Positions 47,350-60,040 of a DNA stretch of 64,000 nt are shown piece after piece; position 1 is the first letter of the stretch; every line of letters begins with the position of its first letter. The stretch spans positions 1-64,000 of the forward strand of contig CAWFFB010000010.1 of assembly GCA_963814975.1 (NCBI GenBank), read 5' to 3'. The notes below the pieces were generated by a model. It searched no databases. It was not told the origin of the DNA and worked only from the letters and a program-made list of their open reading frames with translations. The stretch is from an uncultured Acidobacteriota bacterium. Lineage in GTDB: Bacteria > Acidobacteriota > Vicinamibacteria > Vicinamibacterales > CAVVIG01. Position numbers and translations under genes: made by a program.

Positions 47350-47889
47350 TGCGGCGCGCGCCGAGAAATCGCTGCGCCCAGTAGCGTGCGCTCAGATGCT
47401 CGACGCGCACAACACCTGTGGAGCTGGGTGCATGGACGAACTCGTCGCCGCCCACCGATATTGCCACGTGCGAGGCGCCCGGCTCGGCGGTCGTGAAAAA
47501 TAGCAGGTCCCCCTGGGCGAGATCGTCCCGAACCTCGCGCCCGATTGTGAATTGCTCGCGTACCGCGCGCGGAAGCGCGACCCCGTGCCGCGCGAAGACG
47601 TACTGCGTGAAGCCACTGCAATCGAACCCCTGTGGATCGGTGCCACCCTCCCTGTAGCGGATGCCTCTGAGGTCGAGCGCGGTGCCCACGAGGGCGGACC
47701 AGTTGGGCTGGCGCCGCTGGCGGCACTCGCCGGAGTAGCGGAAACGCCTTCAGACCCCGTTCGGGGCGTTGCCGCTTGAGCTGGCATGGGAAAAGGCCTC
47801 GGGACGGCGCCCGTCGAGGCGCACGCAGAGAACAGGGTGGCGGTGGCCAGCCCGATCATCAATAAACCGAGAGAATGCGGACGAGACAT
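47336..47889 (-). CDS. NlpC/P60 (C40) family peptidoglycan endopeptidase lipoprotein, one frameshift near 47700
   Basis: The lipoprotein signal MSRPHSLGLLMIGLATATLFSACAS (ORF 47392..47889) is in one frame. The catalytic domain with the Cys-His pair (ORF 47336..47689: GFDCSGFTQYVF...SHVAISVGGDEFVHAP) is in another. Confidence 0.75.
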
Positions 47890-48016
47890 AGGACCTCTGA
47901 TTCTATCGGCGGGAGGCGCGCGGCGCCATAGCCGCTAAACGGCGCGTTGCGAGTCGTTTACAAGTGCCGAGATCTTGACACCTCGCCGGGGGTCGGGCAA
48001 AATTCAAACCGGGTCG

Positions 48017-48550
48017 ATGGAACAGACGCTTCTCCTCAACGCGTCATACGAGCCTCTCAAGATTGTCCACTGGCAGAAGGCGGTCACGCTTTGGTGCCAG
48101 GGCAAGGTCGAGGTTATTTCTGTCTACGACCGGGAGATCCGGGCTGTGTCGTTCAGCTTCAAGCTGCCTTCGGTCATCCGACTGCTGCGGTACATCAAGA
48201 TCAAGCGTCGCTTCGACTACGTGCCGTTTTCCCGGGCGAACATCTACGCGCGCGACGATCATCGGTGCCAGTACTGCGGCGACGACTTCCCGACCAGCGA
48301 GCTTACCTTCGATCATGTCGTGCCGGTCGCTCATGGCGGCCGGAAAGACTGGGGGAACATCGTCACCTGCTGCGTCAGCTGCAACCGCCGGAAGGGCGGG
48401 CGCACGCCGGCTGAAGCGGGGATGCATTTGCGTCGGGTCCCGAAACGGCCGGAGTCGGCGCCGGCCATCCGCATCACCGTGGGGCTCAGAAACGCCCCGG
48501 AAAGCTGGCGCGATTACCTCTACTGGAACGTCGAGCTCGACGACACCTAG
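48017..48550 (+). CDS. HNH endonuclease family protein
   Basis: MEQTLLLNASYEPL...CQYCGDDFPTSELTFDHVVPVAHGGRKDWGNIVTCCVSCNRRKG gives the HNH beta-beta-alpha zinc-finger motif. Intact, about 177 aa. Confidence 0.8.
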   Translation: MEQTLLLNASYEPLKIVHWQKAVTLWCQGKVEVISVYDREIRAVSFSFKLPSVIRLLRYIKIKRRFDYVPFSRANIYARDDHRCQYCGDDFPTSELTFDHVVPVAHGGRKDWGNIVTCCVSCNRRKGGRTPAEAGMHLRRVPKRPESAPAIRITVGLRNAPESWRDYLYWNVELDDT

Positions 48551-48640
48551 TTGAAGCCGTGACATGTGACGGTCTGAAGTCCGCCCCTGAACTCCAGGCT
48601 GAAAGTGTGCCTGCGTGGTGTCAGACTTGACAGTTGAGCC

Positions 48641-49629
48641 TTGAGACCTCTGACCGTACACCCAGCACGCGCCATCGAGGGCGGGCGCATCGCCATTTCC
48701 GGCACTGGTTTTTCCGTCGATCACGAGCATCTCCCGATGGTGCACGTTGGCGACAAGCGCGCCCGCGTGGTGTTCGCGTCGCCGTCACGCCTCGACGTCA
48801 TCGTTCCGGCAGGTCTCACGGCAGGCGGACTGGTTCCGGTGGAGGTGGCGGCGGCCGGTGGGAACGCGGCGACCATTCAGATCGCTGCGCCGTGTGCGAC
48901 CGGATTGCACCAGGTCGACAGTCCCGTCTTCGATCGCGAGGGGAACCTCTACGTCACCTACAGCGGCACGCGGGGCCAGCAGGTGCCGGTGTCGATCTTC
49001 CGGGTGCGGCCGAACGGCACGCGCGAGACCTTCTCGTCGGGTGTCGTCAACCCGACGTCGATGGCGATCGACGCCGATGGGCGTGATTTACATGTCGAGC
49101 CGCTTCGAGGGGACCGTCTACCGATTGAAGCCGGACGGATCGGTGGAGCCCTTCGCCACGGATCTGGGCGTCGCGTGCGGGCTGGCGTTTTCGTGGGACG
49201 GTACGCTGTTTGTCGGCGATCGCTCGGGCACGATCTTCAGTGTGGACCGCAACGGGCGCGCGACGACGTTCGCGTCGCTGCCGCCCAGCGTCGCCGCGTT
49301 TCACCTTGCCGTCGGCCGCGAACGCGCCCTGTACGTCACCGGCCCCACGCTCTCCTCGTACGACGTCGTCTATCGGATTGACGAGCAAGGCACCGTGGAG
49401 CATTCACAGCCCGGTGTTCGGCCGGCCCCAGGGTCTCGCCTTCGATGCGGCGGGCACCTTGTTTGTCGCGGAAGCGCTTGCGGGGGCGAGCGGGCTGTAC
49501 CGGCTGGGGGCGGGGGAGCCGGAACTCGTGCTCGCCGGGCCCGGTCTTGTCGGGCTCGCTTTCGACCCGAACGGCGGCCTCGTCGTGTGCACCAACGACA
49601 GCGCCTATCGGCTGCCGCCGATGCACTGA
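48641..49629 (+). CDS. IPT/TIG-domain plus beta-propeller (SMP-30/NHL-like) protein, about 2 frameshifts
   Basis: The N-terminus is Ig-like (GGRIAISGTGFSV...VVFASPSRLDVIVPAGLTAGGLVPVEV). Collinear propeller-blade pieces in other frames follow: VIYMSSRFEGTVYRLKPDGSVEPFATDLGVACGLAFSWDGTLFVGDRSGTIFSV and SPVFGRPQGLAFDAAGTLFVAEA...GLVGLAFDPNGGLVVCTND. Confidence 0.5.
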
Positions 49630-49729
49630 CACGCTTTTTCACAGTGCTGTCGTGTCCGTCCTTCGGAAGGACCGTGGGTCCCATTCCGCGGGTGCGCCGC
49701 GATCCGTGGGTTACAATTTCGGCCGCAGA

Positions 49730-51229
49730 ATGTCGCAGCTCTTTCAGCGCAAGCCAATCGCCGCGCTTCTTTCGGACACCGACCGCTCAGGTCTGAAGCG
49801 CGTCATGGGCGCCGGCGATCTGATCATGCTGGCGATCGGGGCGGTGATTGGCGCCGGCATTTTCTCGTCCATCGGCACCGCCGCGGCGGGCGAGGTGCTG
49901 CCCTCGGGCCAGGTCGTGCGGTACGGCGCCGGCCCCGCGCTCGTTGTTTCCTTCGCCCTGCTGGCCGTCGTCTGCGGGCTTGCCGCGCTCTGCTACGCGG
50001 AGCTGGCCGCGATGATCCCGCAGGCGGGGAGCGCTTACGCGTACTCGTACGCCACGCTGGGGGAGCTCGTCGCGTGGATCATCGGGTGGGATTTGATCCT
50101 GGAGTACGCGGTCGGCAACATTGCGGTCGCGATCGCATGGAGCGGCTATTTCAAGTCGCTGCTCACCGTGTTCGGCATCCATCTGCCGGATTTCCTGACT
50201 CACGGCTACCGGACGGCGCTGCTCAGTTCCGATCCGGCGATCCACGCCCTCCTGCAGACCGCCCCGCGGGTCGCGGGCGTGCCGCTTCTCCTGAATATTC
50301 CAGCCTTCGTGATCGTCATGCTGATCACCTGGCTGCTCTACATCGGCGTGAAGGAGAGCGTCCGCGCGAACAACATCATGGTCGTCGTCAAGCTGCTCGT
50401 GCTCGGGCTGTTCGTGACGGTCGGCAGCGTGCACGTCAACCCGGACAACTTCGTGCCGTTCGCCCCCAATGGCTGGCGCGGCATCCACCAGGGCGCCGCG
50501 ATCGTGTTCTTCGCCTACATCGGGTTCGACGCGATTTCGACCGCGGCGGAGGAGACGAAGAACCCGCAGCGCAACATGCCTATCGGCATCCTGGGCGGCC
50601 TCGCGATCTGCACCGTCATCTACATCGTCGTGGGCGTCGTGGCGACCGGGCTCGTGCCGTACCAGCAGCTCCGGGCGGCCGATCCGCTGGCCCACGCGCT
50701 CGAGCTGGCCGGCCTGCCGACCGCCAGCGCCATCGTCGCGTTCGGCGCCATCGTCTCGATCACGGCTGTGCTCCTGGTCTTCCAGTACGGACAGCCGCGC
50801 ATCTTCTTTGCCATGGCTCGCGATGGCCTGCTTCCCAAGTGGGCGGCGAGGATCCATCCGAAGTACCGGACGCCGCACGTCACGACCGTCGTGACCGGTC
50901 TCGTCGTCGCGGTCGGCGCGCTGTTCATGGACGAGAACGAGATCTACGACCTGACGAATATCGGCACGCTGTCGGCATTCGCGATTGTCTGCGTCGGCGT
51001 GCTGGTGCTGCGGCGGATCGATCCCGATCGCCCGCGGCCGTTCCGCGTGCCGGCGCTCCCGGTCGTCGCGCTGCTCGGCGCGGCGGCCTGTCTTTACGTG
51101 ATCGTCGGCCTGCCGGCAACCGCCAAATGGCGCTTCCTGGTCTGGCTGGTCGTCGGCATCGCGTTGTATTTCGCCTACGGGTTCCGCCACAGCCAGCTCC
51201 GCGCGTCCGCCCGCTCCGATCGCAGGTAG
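49730..51229 (+). CDS. APC-superfamily amino acid permease
   Basis: [47 protein letters not shown]... is the amino-acid permease N-terminal signature. About 12 TM helices. Intact. Confidence 0.85.
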   Translation: MSQLFQRKPIAALLSDTDRSGLKRVMGAGDLIMLAIGAVIGAGIFSSIGTAAAGEVLPSGQVVRYGAGPALVVSFALLAVVCGLAALCYAELAAMIPQAGSAYAYSYATLGELVAWIIGWDLILEYAVGNIAVAIAWSGYFKSLLTVFGIHLPDFLTHGYRTALLSSDPAIHALLQTAPRVAGVPLLLNIPAFVIVMLITWLLYIGVKESVRANNIMVVVKLLVLGLFVTVGSVHVNPDNFVPFAPNGWRGIHQGAAIVFFAYIGFDAISTAAEETKNPQRNMPIGILGGLAICTVIYIVVGVVATGLVPYQQLRAADPLAHALELAGLPTASAIVAFGAIVSITAVLLVFQYGQPRIFFAMARDGLLPKWAARIHPKYRTPHVTTVVTGLVVAVGALFMDENEIYDLTNIGTLSAFAIVCVGVLVLRRIDPDRPRPFRVPALPVVALLGAAACLYVIVGLPATAKWRFLVWLVVGIALYFAYGFRHSQLRASARSDRR

Positions 51230-51309
51230 CCCGGCCGCCGGTCGACGGGTTCACCTCGCGTGTTAGAATGAAGGATTCGAAACCCCGGTAGAAACCCGGC
51301 AGAAGGCCC

Positions 51310-54115
<2,806 letters not shown>

Positions 54116-54322
54116 GAGGATGTGGTAAGATTACCACAATTTGTGGGCGTAACGATGTGGTGAAGACGCCACAATCAGTACATGCCTCCAACTCAACCGC
54201 GTCGTGTCGACCTGTCTAAACGACTGTCGTCTCAGACCTTAGGGCGGAGGGTCTCGTTCGGGCCTGACAGGCATTCAGTTTGCTGAGCTGGCAGTGCTCG
54301 TCCCTTTTTGCTCGAGAGGCTG

Positions 54323-55237
54323 ATGGACGCACAGCGAACCATTCGTCGTCAAATTTCTTGTGTCGGGATCGGGCTTCACTCCGGCAACAAGGTTCACCTG
54401 TCGCTGAAGCCCGCCGTCGCGGACTTCGGAATCCGGTTCCGTCGGACCGATCTCGGGCACCACGAAGTGCCGGCGACCATTCAGCACCTGGCCGGCATTC
54501 AACTGGCGACCGGGCTGGCGCGCAACGACGTCTCGGTGGAGACGGTCGAGCACCTGATGGCCGCGCTCGTCGCGATGGGCGTCGACAACGTGCTGATCGA
54601 GCTGAACTCGCCGGAAGTGCCGATCATGGACGGCAGCGCGGCCCCCTTCATCTATCTGATTCACGAGGCGGGCGTGCGGAAACTCCAGGCGCCGCGGAAG
54701 TACCTGAAGATCGTCCGGCCGATCGCGATTTCGCGCGGTGACAAACGGATTGCGCTGTATCCGTCGGACCACTTCAAGGTCACCTACAGCATCAGCTACG
54801 ACCATCCGCTGCTGCGCCATCAGTCGCGCACGCTGCGGATCACCGAAGAGAGCTTCATCGAGGAGGTCGCGCCGGCGCGCACGTTCACCTTCTTGAAGGA
54901 CGTCGAGATGCTCCGCCAGAACGGCCTCGCGCTCGGCGGCTCGCTGGACAACGCGATCGTGCTCGGCGAGACCGGCGTGCTCAACAACGCGCTGCGGTTC
55001 GAAGACGAGTTCGTGCGCCACAAGATTCTCGATGCCGTCGGCGACCTCGCCCTGGTCGGCTATCCTGTGATCGGTCACCTGGTCGCGCACCGCGCGGGAC
55101 ACGCGCTGCATACCGAGTTCGCGTCGAAGATTCTCGAAGAAACGCAGGCGTGGCGGCTCGTCGAGGCCCCGGCCGACGGTGTCGCGCTCCCAATGGGCGT
55201 GCCAGTGAAGAACGCCGCCCCCCGACTGGCGAACTAG
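54323..55237 (+). CDS. lpxC: UDP-3-O-acyl-N-acetylglucosamine deacetylase
   Basis: MDAQRTIRRQISCVGIGLHSGNKVHLSLKPA...HLMAALVAMGVDNVLIELN...EFVRHKILDAVGDL. Canonical LpxC across its length. Intact. Confidence 0.9.
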   Translation: MDAQRTIRRQISCVGIGLHSGNKVHLSLKPAVADFGIRFRRTDLGHHEVPATIQHLAGIQLATGLARNDVSVETVEHLMAALVAMGVDNVLIELNSPEVPIMDGSAAPFIYLIHEAGVRKLQAPRKYLKIVRPIAISRGDKRIALYPSDHFKVTYSISYDHPLLRHQSRTLRITEESFIEEVAPARTFTFLKDVEMLRQNGLALGGSLDNAIVLGETGVLNNALRFEDEFVRHKILDAVGDLALVGYPVIGHLVAHRAGHALHTEFASKILEETQAWRLVEAPADGVALPMGVPVKNAAPRLAN

Positions 55238-55350
55238 TCCTCTTTCAGAAGCTTGCCGCCTTGAGCGCTGGCCTTAGCCCTCATCTACCAGCTCGCTGCC
55301 GGGAGTCCGCTGAGAGCTGAGGGCGAGAGCTGACGGCTCAGTGTTGCGAC

Positions 55351-56748
55351 CTACCTGACCCAGAACGACTTCACCGTTGTCTCCGATCCACACCGCTCGA
55401 ACCAGTCGACACCTTCACTGACGAGATCGAACTTGATCGAGTAGCGCCCTGGCTCGGGCACCGCCGGGAAGTCGACCGAAACGTCAGTAGTGCCCCCGGC
55501 TTGGATCGTTTGCGGCAGTCCGGCGCGCGCGAAGTCGCGGTTGATGAGCGCGCCGTCGGCGGTGCATAACTGCGCGCCGAGGCGGACGAGTCGCCGCCCG
55601 TACGTCGCGTCAGCGGGGAAGGGCTTCGTCGACAAGTTGCGCACCCTGGTGCGGACGCGGAGCACGCGGCCGCTGTGCGCCATCAGGGGAAGGCCTGGCA
55701 CCAGCGTGCGGACGTCGATTCGCGCCCTCGGGGTCGCCCCGCGAATGGCGTTGCCAAGATTGTTGTTGTCCCAGATCTCGTGCCGGATGGCGTCGAGGTC
55801 CACCGAACCCGGCACGAAACGGCGGGAGTACGCGTCCTCCGGGTGATCGGTGATTTCCCAACAGAGACGGTCCACGCCGGCGTCGGCGGCGAGCTGCCGC
55901 GCGAGGTTCATCTCCGCGTCGCCGTCGTTCCAGGCGAACAGGATGTACCGCCAGTTGAGGTAGGGCAGGTCCCGGCCGGCGGCGCGCTTTTCGTCGGCCA
56001 TCGCGCGCAGGTTCGCGAGTGCCACGTCGAACCGTCCGCGTTGCCGGTACTTGCTGTAGCTGTCTGCGGTCGCGCCGTCGATTGAAAAGGTGACCTCGTC
56101 GATGCCCGAGTGCGCCAGCCGCCGCGCCTCGGCCTCGGAAAACGCGAGGCCGTTCGTGCTCGTATAGAGGTAGATGTGCGGGAAGTTCGTCTTGATGTAC
56201 TCGCACATCTCGATCGCCCGCCTGTGGAGGAACGCCTCCCCGTAGTTGAAGAAATCGACGCGGTTGAGCGACGGCCCGACCTCGTCGATCACGCGCCGGA
56301 ACAGCTCGAAGTCGAGCATGCCGGCCTGCCGCGTCCGGGTGATGCCGGTTTCCGGGGCGCAGCACGCCCCGGCGCACGAGATATTGCACGCGGCCGTGCA
56401 CTCGATGAACATCCGCGCGGGCAGCCGACCCGCGTCGATCGAACGCGCGGTCGGGAGCTGGTCCTTCTTCAGCGGCAACTTCAACGGGCAGTCGCCGCAA
56501 AATGACGACCCGCCGTGGTTGAGTTCCTCGCGCAGCCGGCTGATCGACGGCCCCGTCCAGATATCTCCGACCGAGGTGGCGCGCGCGTCGCCCAGCACGC
56601 GATGGCCATACGGATCCGCGCAGCCGCACACCATCCGGCCGTCGCAGAGCATCACGAGGATGTCCCACGGCCATGAACACGTGAAGCGGGTTGCCAGATA
56701 GTTGAGGGACATTCTCAGACGCCAATCAGTTGACAGAACACAGTCCAC
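55351..56748 (-). CDS. radical SAM superfamily enzyme with N-terminal Cys-rich extension
   Basis: 465-aa intact ORF. The radical-SAM core motifs are present (FFNYGEAFL, YTSTNGL, TFSIDG) and the Cys cluster reads FIECTAACNISCAGACC. An upstream Cys-rich segment reads LCDGRMVCGCADPYG...FCGDCPLK. Confidence 0.7.
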   Translation of the reverse strand: MDCVLSTDWRLRMSLNYLATRFTCSWPWDILVMLCDGRMVCGCADPYGHRVLGDARATSVGDIWTGPSISRLREELNHGGSSFCGDCPLKLPLKKDQLPTARSIDAGRLPARMFIECTAACNISCAGACCAPETGITRTRQAGMLDFELFRRVIDEVGPSLNRVDFFNYGEAFLHRRAIEMCEYIKTNFPHIYLYTSTNGLAFSEAEARRLAHSGIDEVTFSIDGATADSYSKYRQRGRFDVALANLRAMADEKRAAGRDLPYLNWRYILFAWNDGDAEMNLARQLAADAGVDRLCWEITDHPEDAYSRRFVPGSVDLDAIRHEIWDNNNLGNAIRGATPRARIDVRTLVPGLPLMAHSGRVLRVRTRVRNLSTKPFPADATYGRRLVRLGAQLCTADGALINRDFARAGLPQTIQAGGTTDVSVDFPAVPEPGRYSIKFDLVSEGVDWFERCGSETTVKSFWVR

Positions 56749-56841
56749 ACTTGACGGTCAAAAAAACGTTGAAATCCGGTCCCGAAGTCTCGCCGCTCCC
56801 ATTGAACGCCGATCTGATCACCGTCGACTGTCACCTGTGAA

Positions 56842-57108
56842 CTACTTCTTCGACAGGCCCCTCATATACGCCTCGAGCCGGTCGTTCTCGTACTTGACGG
56901 TATTGAGAAAGAGGCTTTCCGCCAGATAGGTTCGGCGTTCGGCCTCGGTCATCTGCTCGATCAGGTGTTGGATTTCCCTCACCATGTCCTCGAACGAGCG
57001 ATCGAGGTCGCGCCTGGCGGTCACTTCCCGATAGAGCCCTTCCATGACGGCGAGCAGGTCGCCGTCCAGCACGATCTCGCTGCCCGTCGACGTCTTGATG
57101 ATGCGCAT
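56842..57108 (-). CDS. small hypothetical protein (88 aa)
   Basis: MRIIKTSTGSEIVLDGDLLAVMEGLYREVTARRDLDRSFEDMVREIQHLIEQMTEAERRTYLAESLF... The stop overlaps the STAS gene region. No family recognised. Confidence 0.35.
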   Translation of the reverse strand: MRIIKTSTGSEIVLDGDLLAVMEGLYREVTARRDLDRSFEDMVREIQHLIEQMTEAERRTYLAESLFLNTVKYENDRLEAYMRGLSKK

Positions 57109-57109
57109 A

Positions 57110-57442
57110 CTACGCCCCGAAGCTCTCGAGAGCGGCCGGCTCGTCGACGTGCATCTCGATGAAATTATGAGAGCCGGTCAGCCTCAACATCGTCGCGACG
57201 CGTTTTTGCACGCCCGAGAGCTTGAGATGGCCGCCAGCGGCGTTGACCTGGCGGTAGACATCCATCAGGCAGCCGATCGTCGCGCTGTCCACATACGTGA
57301 CCGGAGTCATGTCGATGAGAATGTCATGATTGCCCGCCGAGACGAGGCTGCTTATCGCCGACGAGAAGTCGCCCAGGATCGGATACATGAGGCGTGTTTC
57401 GCCGACGCGGACGATCGACACGCGGCCTGCCTGTTCGGTTGT
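57110..57442 (-). CDS. STAS-domain anti-sigma-factor antagonist
   Basis: MHLTTEQAGRVSIVRVGETRLMYPILGDFSSAISSLVSAGNHDILIDMTPVTYVDSATIGCLMDVYRQVNAAGGHLKLSGVQKRVATMLRLTG. It lies inside the longer ORF 57110..57826, whose upstream part is Arg/Ala-rich noise. Confidence 0.7.
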   Translation of the reverse strand, partial: TTEQAGRVSIVRVGETRLMYPILGDFSSAISSLVSAGNHDILIDMTPVTYVDSATIGCLMDVYRQVNAAGGHLKLSGVQKRVATMLRLTGSHNFIEMHVDEPAALESFGA

Positions 57443-57450
57443 GAGATGCA

Positions 57451-58101
57451 TCAGTATGCTCCCGTGCGTGAGGGGGCGTCGGCCGACGACCGGCTGGGGC
57501 CATGGTGCTCGCCGCGCAGCTTCCGGATTCGGCGCGCCAGCCCGGTTCGCCCGCGATTGATGCGCGACTTGACCGTGCCTTCGGGAAGCCCCAGCCTGTC
57601 CGCGATCTCCTGGTAGGACAGCTCGTGAATGTCCCGCATCAGCACCGCCTCGCGGAGCGGCTCGGGCAGCGCCGCGAGCGCCTCCCGCAGAAGCGTCAGC
57701 CGGTCGCGTTGCTCGAGCGCGGCCATCGGTCCCGGATCGCGTGACGCCGGCGCCAGGTCGCTCGCGTCGACGGTGCGGTCGATCGTGGCGCGCTCCCTTC
57801 GCACGCTGCGGTAGTGGTCGATGCACAGGTTCCGGCTGACGCTGATCAGCCAGGTCTGAAAATTCGCGCGCCGGTCGAACGTGTCAAGCGACTTGAAGAC
57901 CTTCAGAAAGATCTCCTGTGTGAGATCCTCGGCTTCCTCGTGTCCGCCGACGAACTGGTACGCGATGTTGAAGACCTTCCGCCGGTACAGGCGAACAACA
58001 GCGTCCCAGGCGGTCTGATCGCCCCCCAGGCACCGTTCAATGAGCGTCTCGATCGCCTCCGGCGAATGGGCCGGCACCTCGGCAGGCATCAGGGTTGTCA
58101 A
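57451..58101 (-). CDS. ECF-subfamily RNA polymerase sigma-70 factor
   Basis: 216-aa intact ORF with region 2 (VFNIAYQFVGGHEEAEDLTQEIFLKVFKSL) and region 4 (LSYQEIADRLGLPEGTVKSRINRGR). Confidence 0.85.
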   Translation of the reverse strand: MTTLMPAEVPAHSPEAIETLIERCLGGDQTAWDAVVRLYRRKVFNIAYQFVGGHEEAEDLTQEIFLKVFKSLDTFDRRANFQTWLISVSRNLCIDHYRSVRRERATIDRTVDASDLAPASRDPGPMAALEQRDRLTLLREALAALPEPLREAVLMRDIHELSYQEIADRLGLPEGTVKSRINRGRTGLARRIRKLRGEHHGPSRSSADAPSRTGAY

Positions 58102-58153
58102 GCAACGCGGGCAAGCCGATGATATCAGGTGATATAGTCGTCAGTCACCAAGC

Positions 58154-59408
58154 GTGGCGACAGGTTTCTTCCTCCACAACCACGAGCTCGTCTGCGACGG
58201 CGTGCCGGTGTCAGCGATCGCGGGCGCCGAAGGTACGCCCGTCTACGTTTACAGCGCCGCCGCCATCCGCGATCGGTATCACGAGCTCGACCTCGCGTTC
58301 GCCGATTACCCGCACCGGCTCCACTATGCGCTCAAGGCCAATTCGACCTTCGGCATCGTCAAGACACTGCGTGATCTCGGCAGCGGCGTGGATGCCAATT
58401 CGATTGGGGAGATCGACGTCGCGAGGCGAGCGGGTTTTGCTCCCTCCGACATTGTCTTCACCGGCGTCGGCAAGTCGGCCGCAGAGCTCGAATGCGCCGT
58501 TCCGCTCGGGCTGAAGGCGATCAACGTCGAATCGACCGGAGAGCTGGATCGTGTCGAGGCGATCGCCGCAAGGGTCGGCCGTCCAGTCCGCGTCGCCGTC
58601 CGCATCAACCCGGACATCGACGCGAAGAGCCATCCCCATATCTCGACCGGTCTCAAGATCAACAAGTTCGGTGTGCCGGCTGATGCGGCACGCGAGCTGA
58701 TGGGTTCCATCCCCCTGCGCCCGCTGTTGCAGCTGGTGGCTGTTCATGTGCATGTCGGCTCGCAGATCACGAGCATCACGCCTCTGCGCAGCGCGGCGTC
58801 GCTTCGTCGCCGGCGTGGCCGAGGAGCTGAAACGCCGCGGGACGCCGCTCGAGTACGTGGATCTGGGCGGCGGCCTCGGCATTCCTTACGACGGCGGCCC
58901 CGCGGTCTCGGCGCGCGAGTATGTGTCCGCGCTTGTCGATGCGGTGCGTCCCACCGGTCTCTCCATCGTGATCGAGCCCGGCCGCTCGATCCTCGGCCAG
59001 GCTGGCGTCCTGATAGCTCGCGTGATCGATCTGAAGCCCCGAAACGCGCTCAGCGAGTTCGCGGTCATCGACGCGGGTATGACCGAGCTGATGCGCCCGG
59101 CGCTGTACGGAGCGTTTCACCGGATCGAACCGGTGCGCCCGCGCCCCGGCGCGCCGCGGCAGTATGAGATCGTCGGACCGGTCTGCGAGAGCAGCGACGT
59201 CGTCGGCCGCGACCGCGAGCTGGCACCGTTGGCGGTCGACGATCTTCTGGCCATCCTCGATACCGGGGCGTACGGATCTGCGATGGCGTCGAACTACAAT
59301 CGCCGCCCCCTTCCGGTCGAGGTCCTGGTCGACGACGGGCGTTGGCGCGTCGTCCGCCGCCGGCAGACAGTCGACGACATGCTCGCGATGGAGGGCGAAG
59401 GGCGTTGA
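58154..59408 (+). CDS. lysA: diaminopimelate decarboxylase, one frameshift near 58790
   Basis: ORF 58154..59167 carries the PLP-binding N-terminus (HYALKANSTFGIVKTL). ORF 58746..59408 carries the C-terminal barrel (YVDLGGGLGIPY, CESSDVVGRDRELAPL, GAYGSAMASNYNRRPLPVEV). Confidence 0.85.
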
Positions 59409-60040
59409 CCGCAGATGTTGCTCAACCGTCAGCTGCTGCTCCGATTCAGATCGGACATCTGATCGCATTTGAAGGGCTGGATCAGAGCGGGAAACAGACG
59501 CAGGCCGAACTGCTGCGCGATCATCTGAAGGACGAGGGATGGAAGGCGCGCCTGGTGTCGTTTCCCGACTACGGGACGACAATCGGTGAGGAGATCGCCC
59601 GCGCATTGCAGGGGGAGCGCGAGTACGGCGCCGACGTCATGCAGTTGCTGTACATCGCCAATCGTTACGAACGAAAACCCGATCTGCAGCGGTGGCTGGA
59701 CGGCGGGTTGGTGCTGGTGTGCGATCGGTACGTCGCGTCTAGCATTGCCTACGGCGAGGCGCAGGGGCTCGACCCGGTCTGGCTGATGGAAATGCAGAAG
59801 TTCCTGCCCGCGCCGTCCTTGACGATCGTGCTGGATATCGCACCCGAAACCGCCCTGCAACGCAAAGCCGTGGACCGCGACCGGTACGAGCGCGATCTCG
59901 CGATGCAAGCCCGTGTTCGGGACAGCTATCGCCGGCAGGCCGCGGAGCAGAGTTGGATCTGGCTGGACGGCGAACGTCCGAAGGATGCCGTCGCCGCCGA
60001 TGTCTTCAGCGCTGTCGCGTCACGACTCGGGCGGCGGTGA
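59405..60040 (+). CDS. tmk: thymidylate kinase
   Basis: GHLIAFEGLDQSGKQTQAELLRDHL...DRYVASSIAYGEAQGLD...ERDLAMQARVRDSYRR. The P-loop and LID motifs are present. The start is assigned to the TTG at 59405 immediately after the lysA stop. Confidence 0.75.
   Translation: MTADVAQPSAAAPIQIGHLIAFEGLDQSGKQTQAELLRDHLKDEGWKARLVSFPDYGTTIGEEIARALQGEREYGADVMQLLYIANRYERKPDLQRWLDGGLVLVCDRYVASSIAYGEAQGLDPVWLMEMQKFLPAPSLTIVLDIAPETALQRKAVDRDRYERDLAMQARVRDSYRRQAAEQSWIWLDGERPKDAVAADVFSAVASRLGRR

Noticed and set aside
55610-56725. 371-aa minus-strand ORF in an alternative frame
   Set aside because: It is off-frame to the radical SAM gene, which carries the recognisable motifs.
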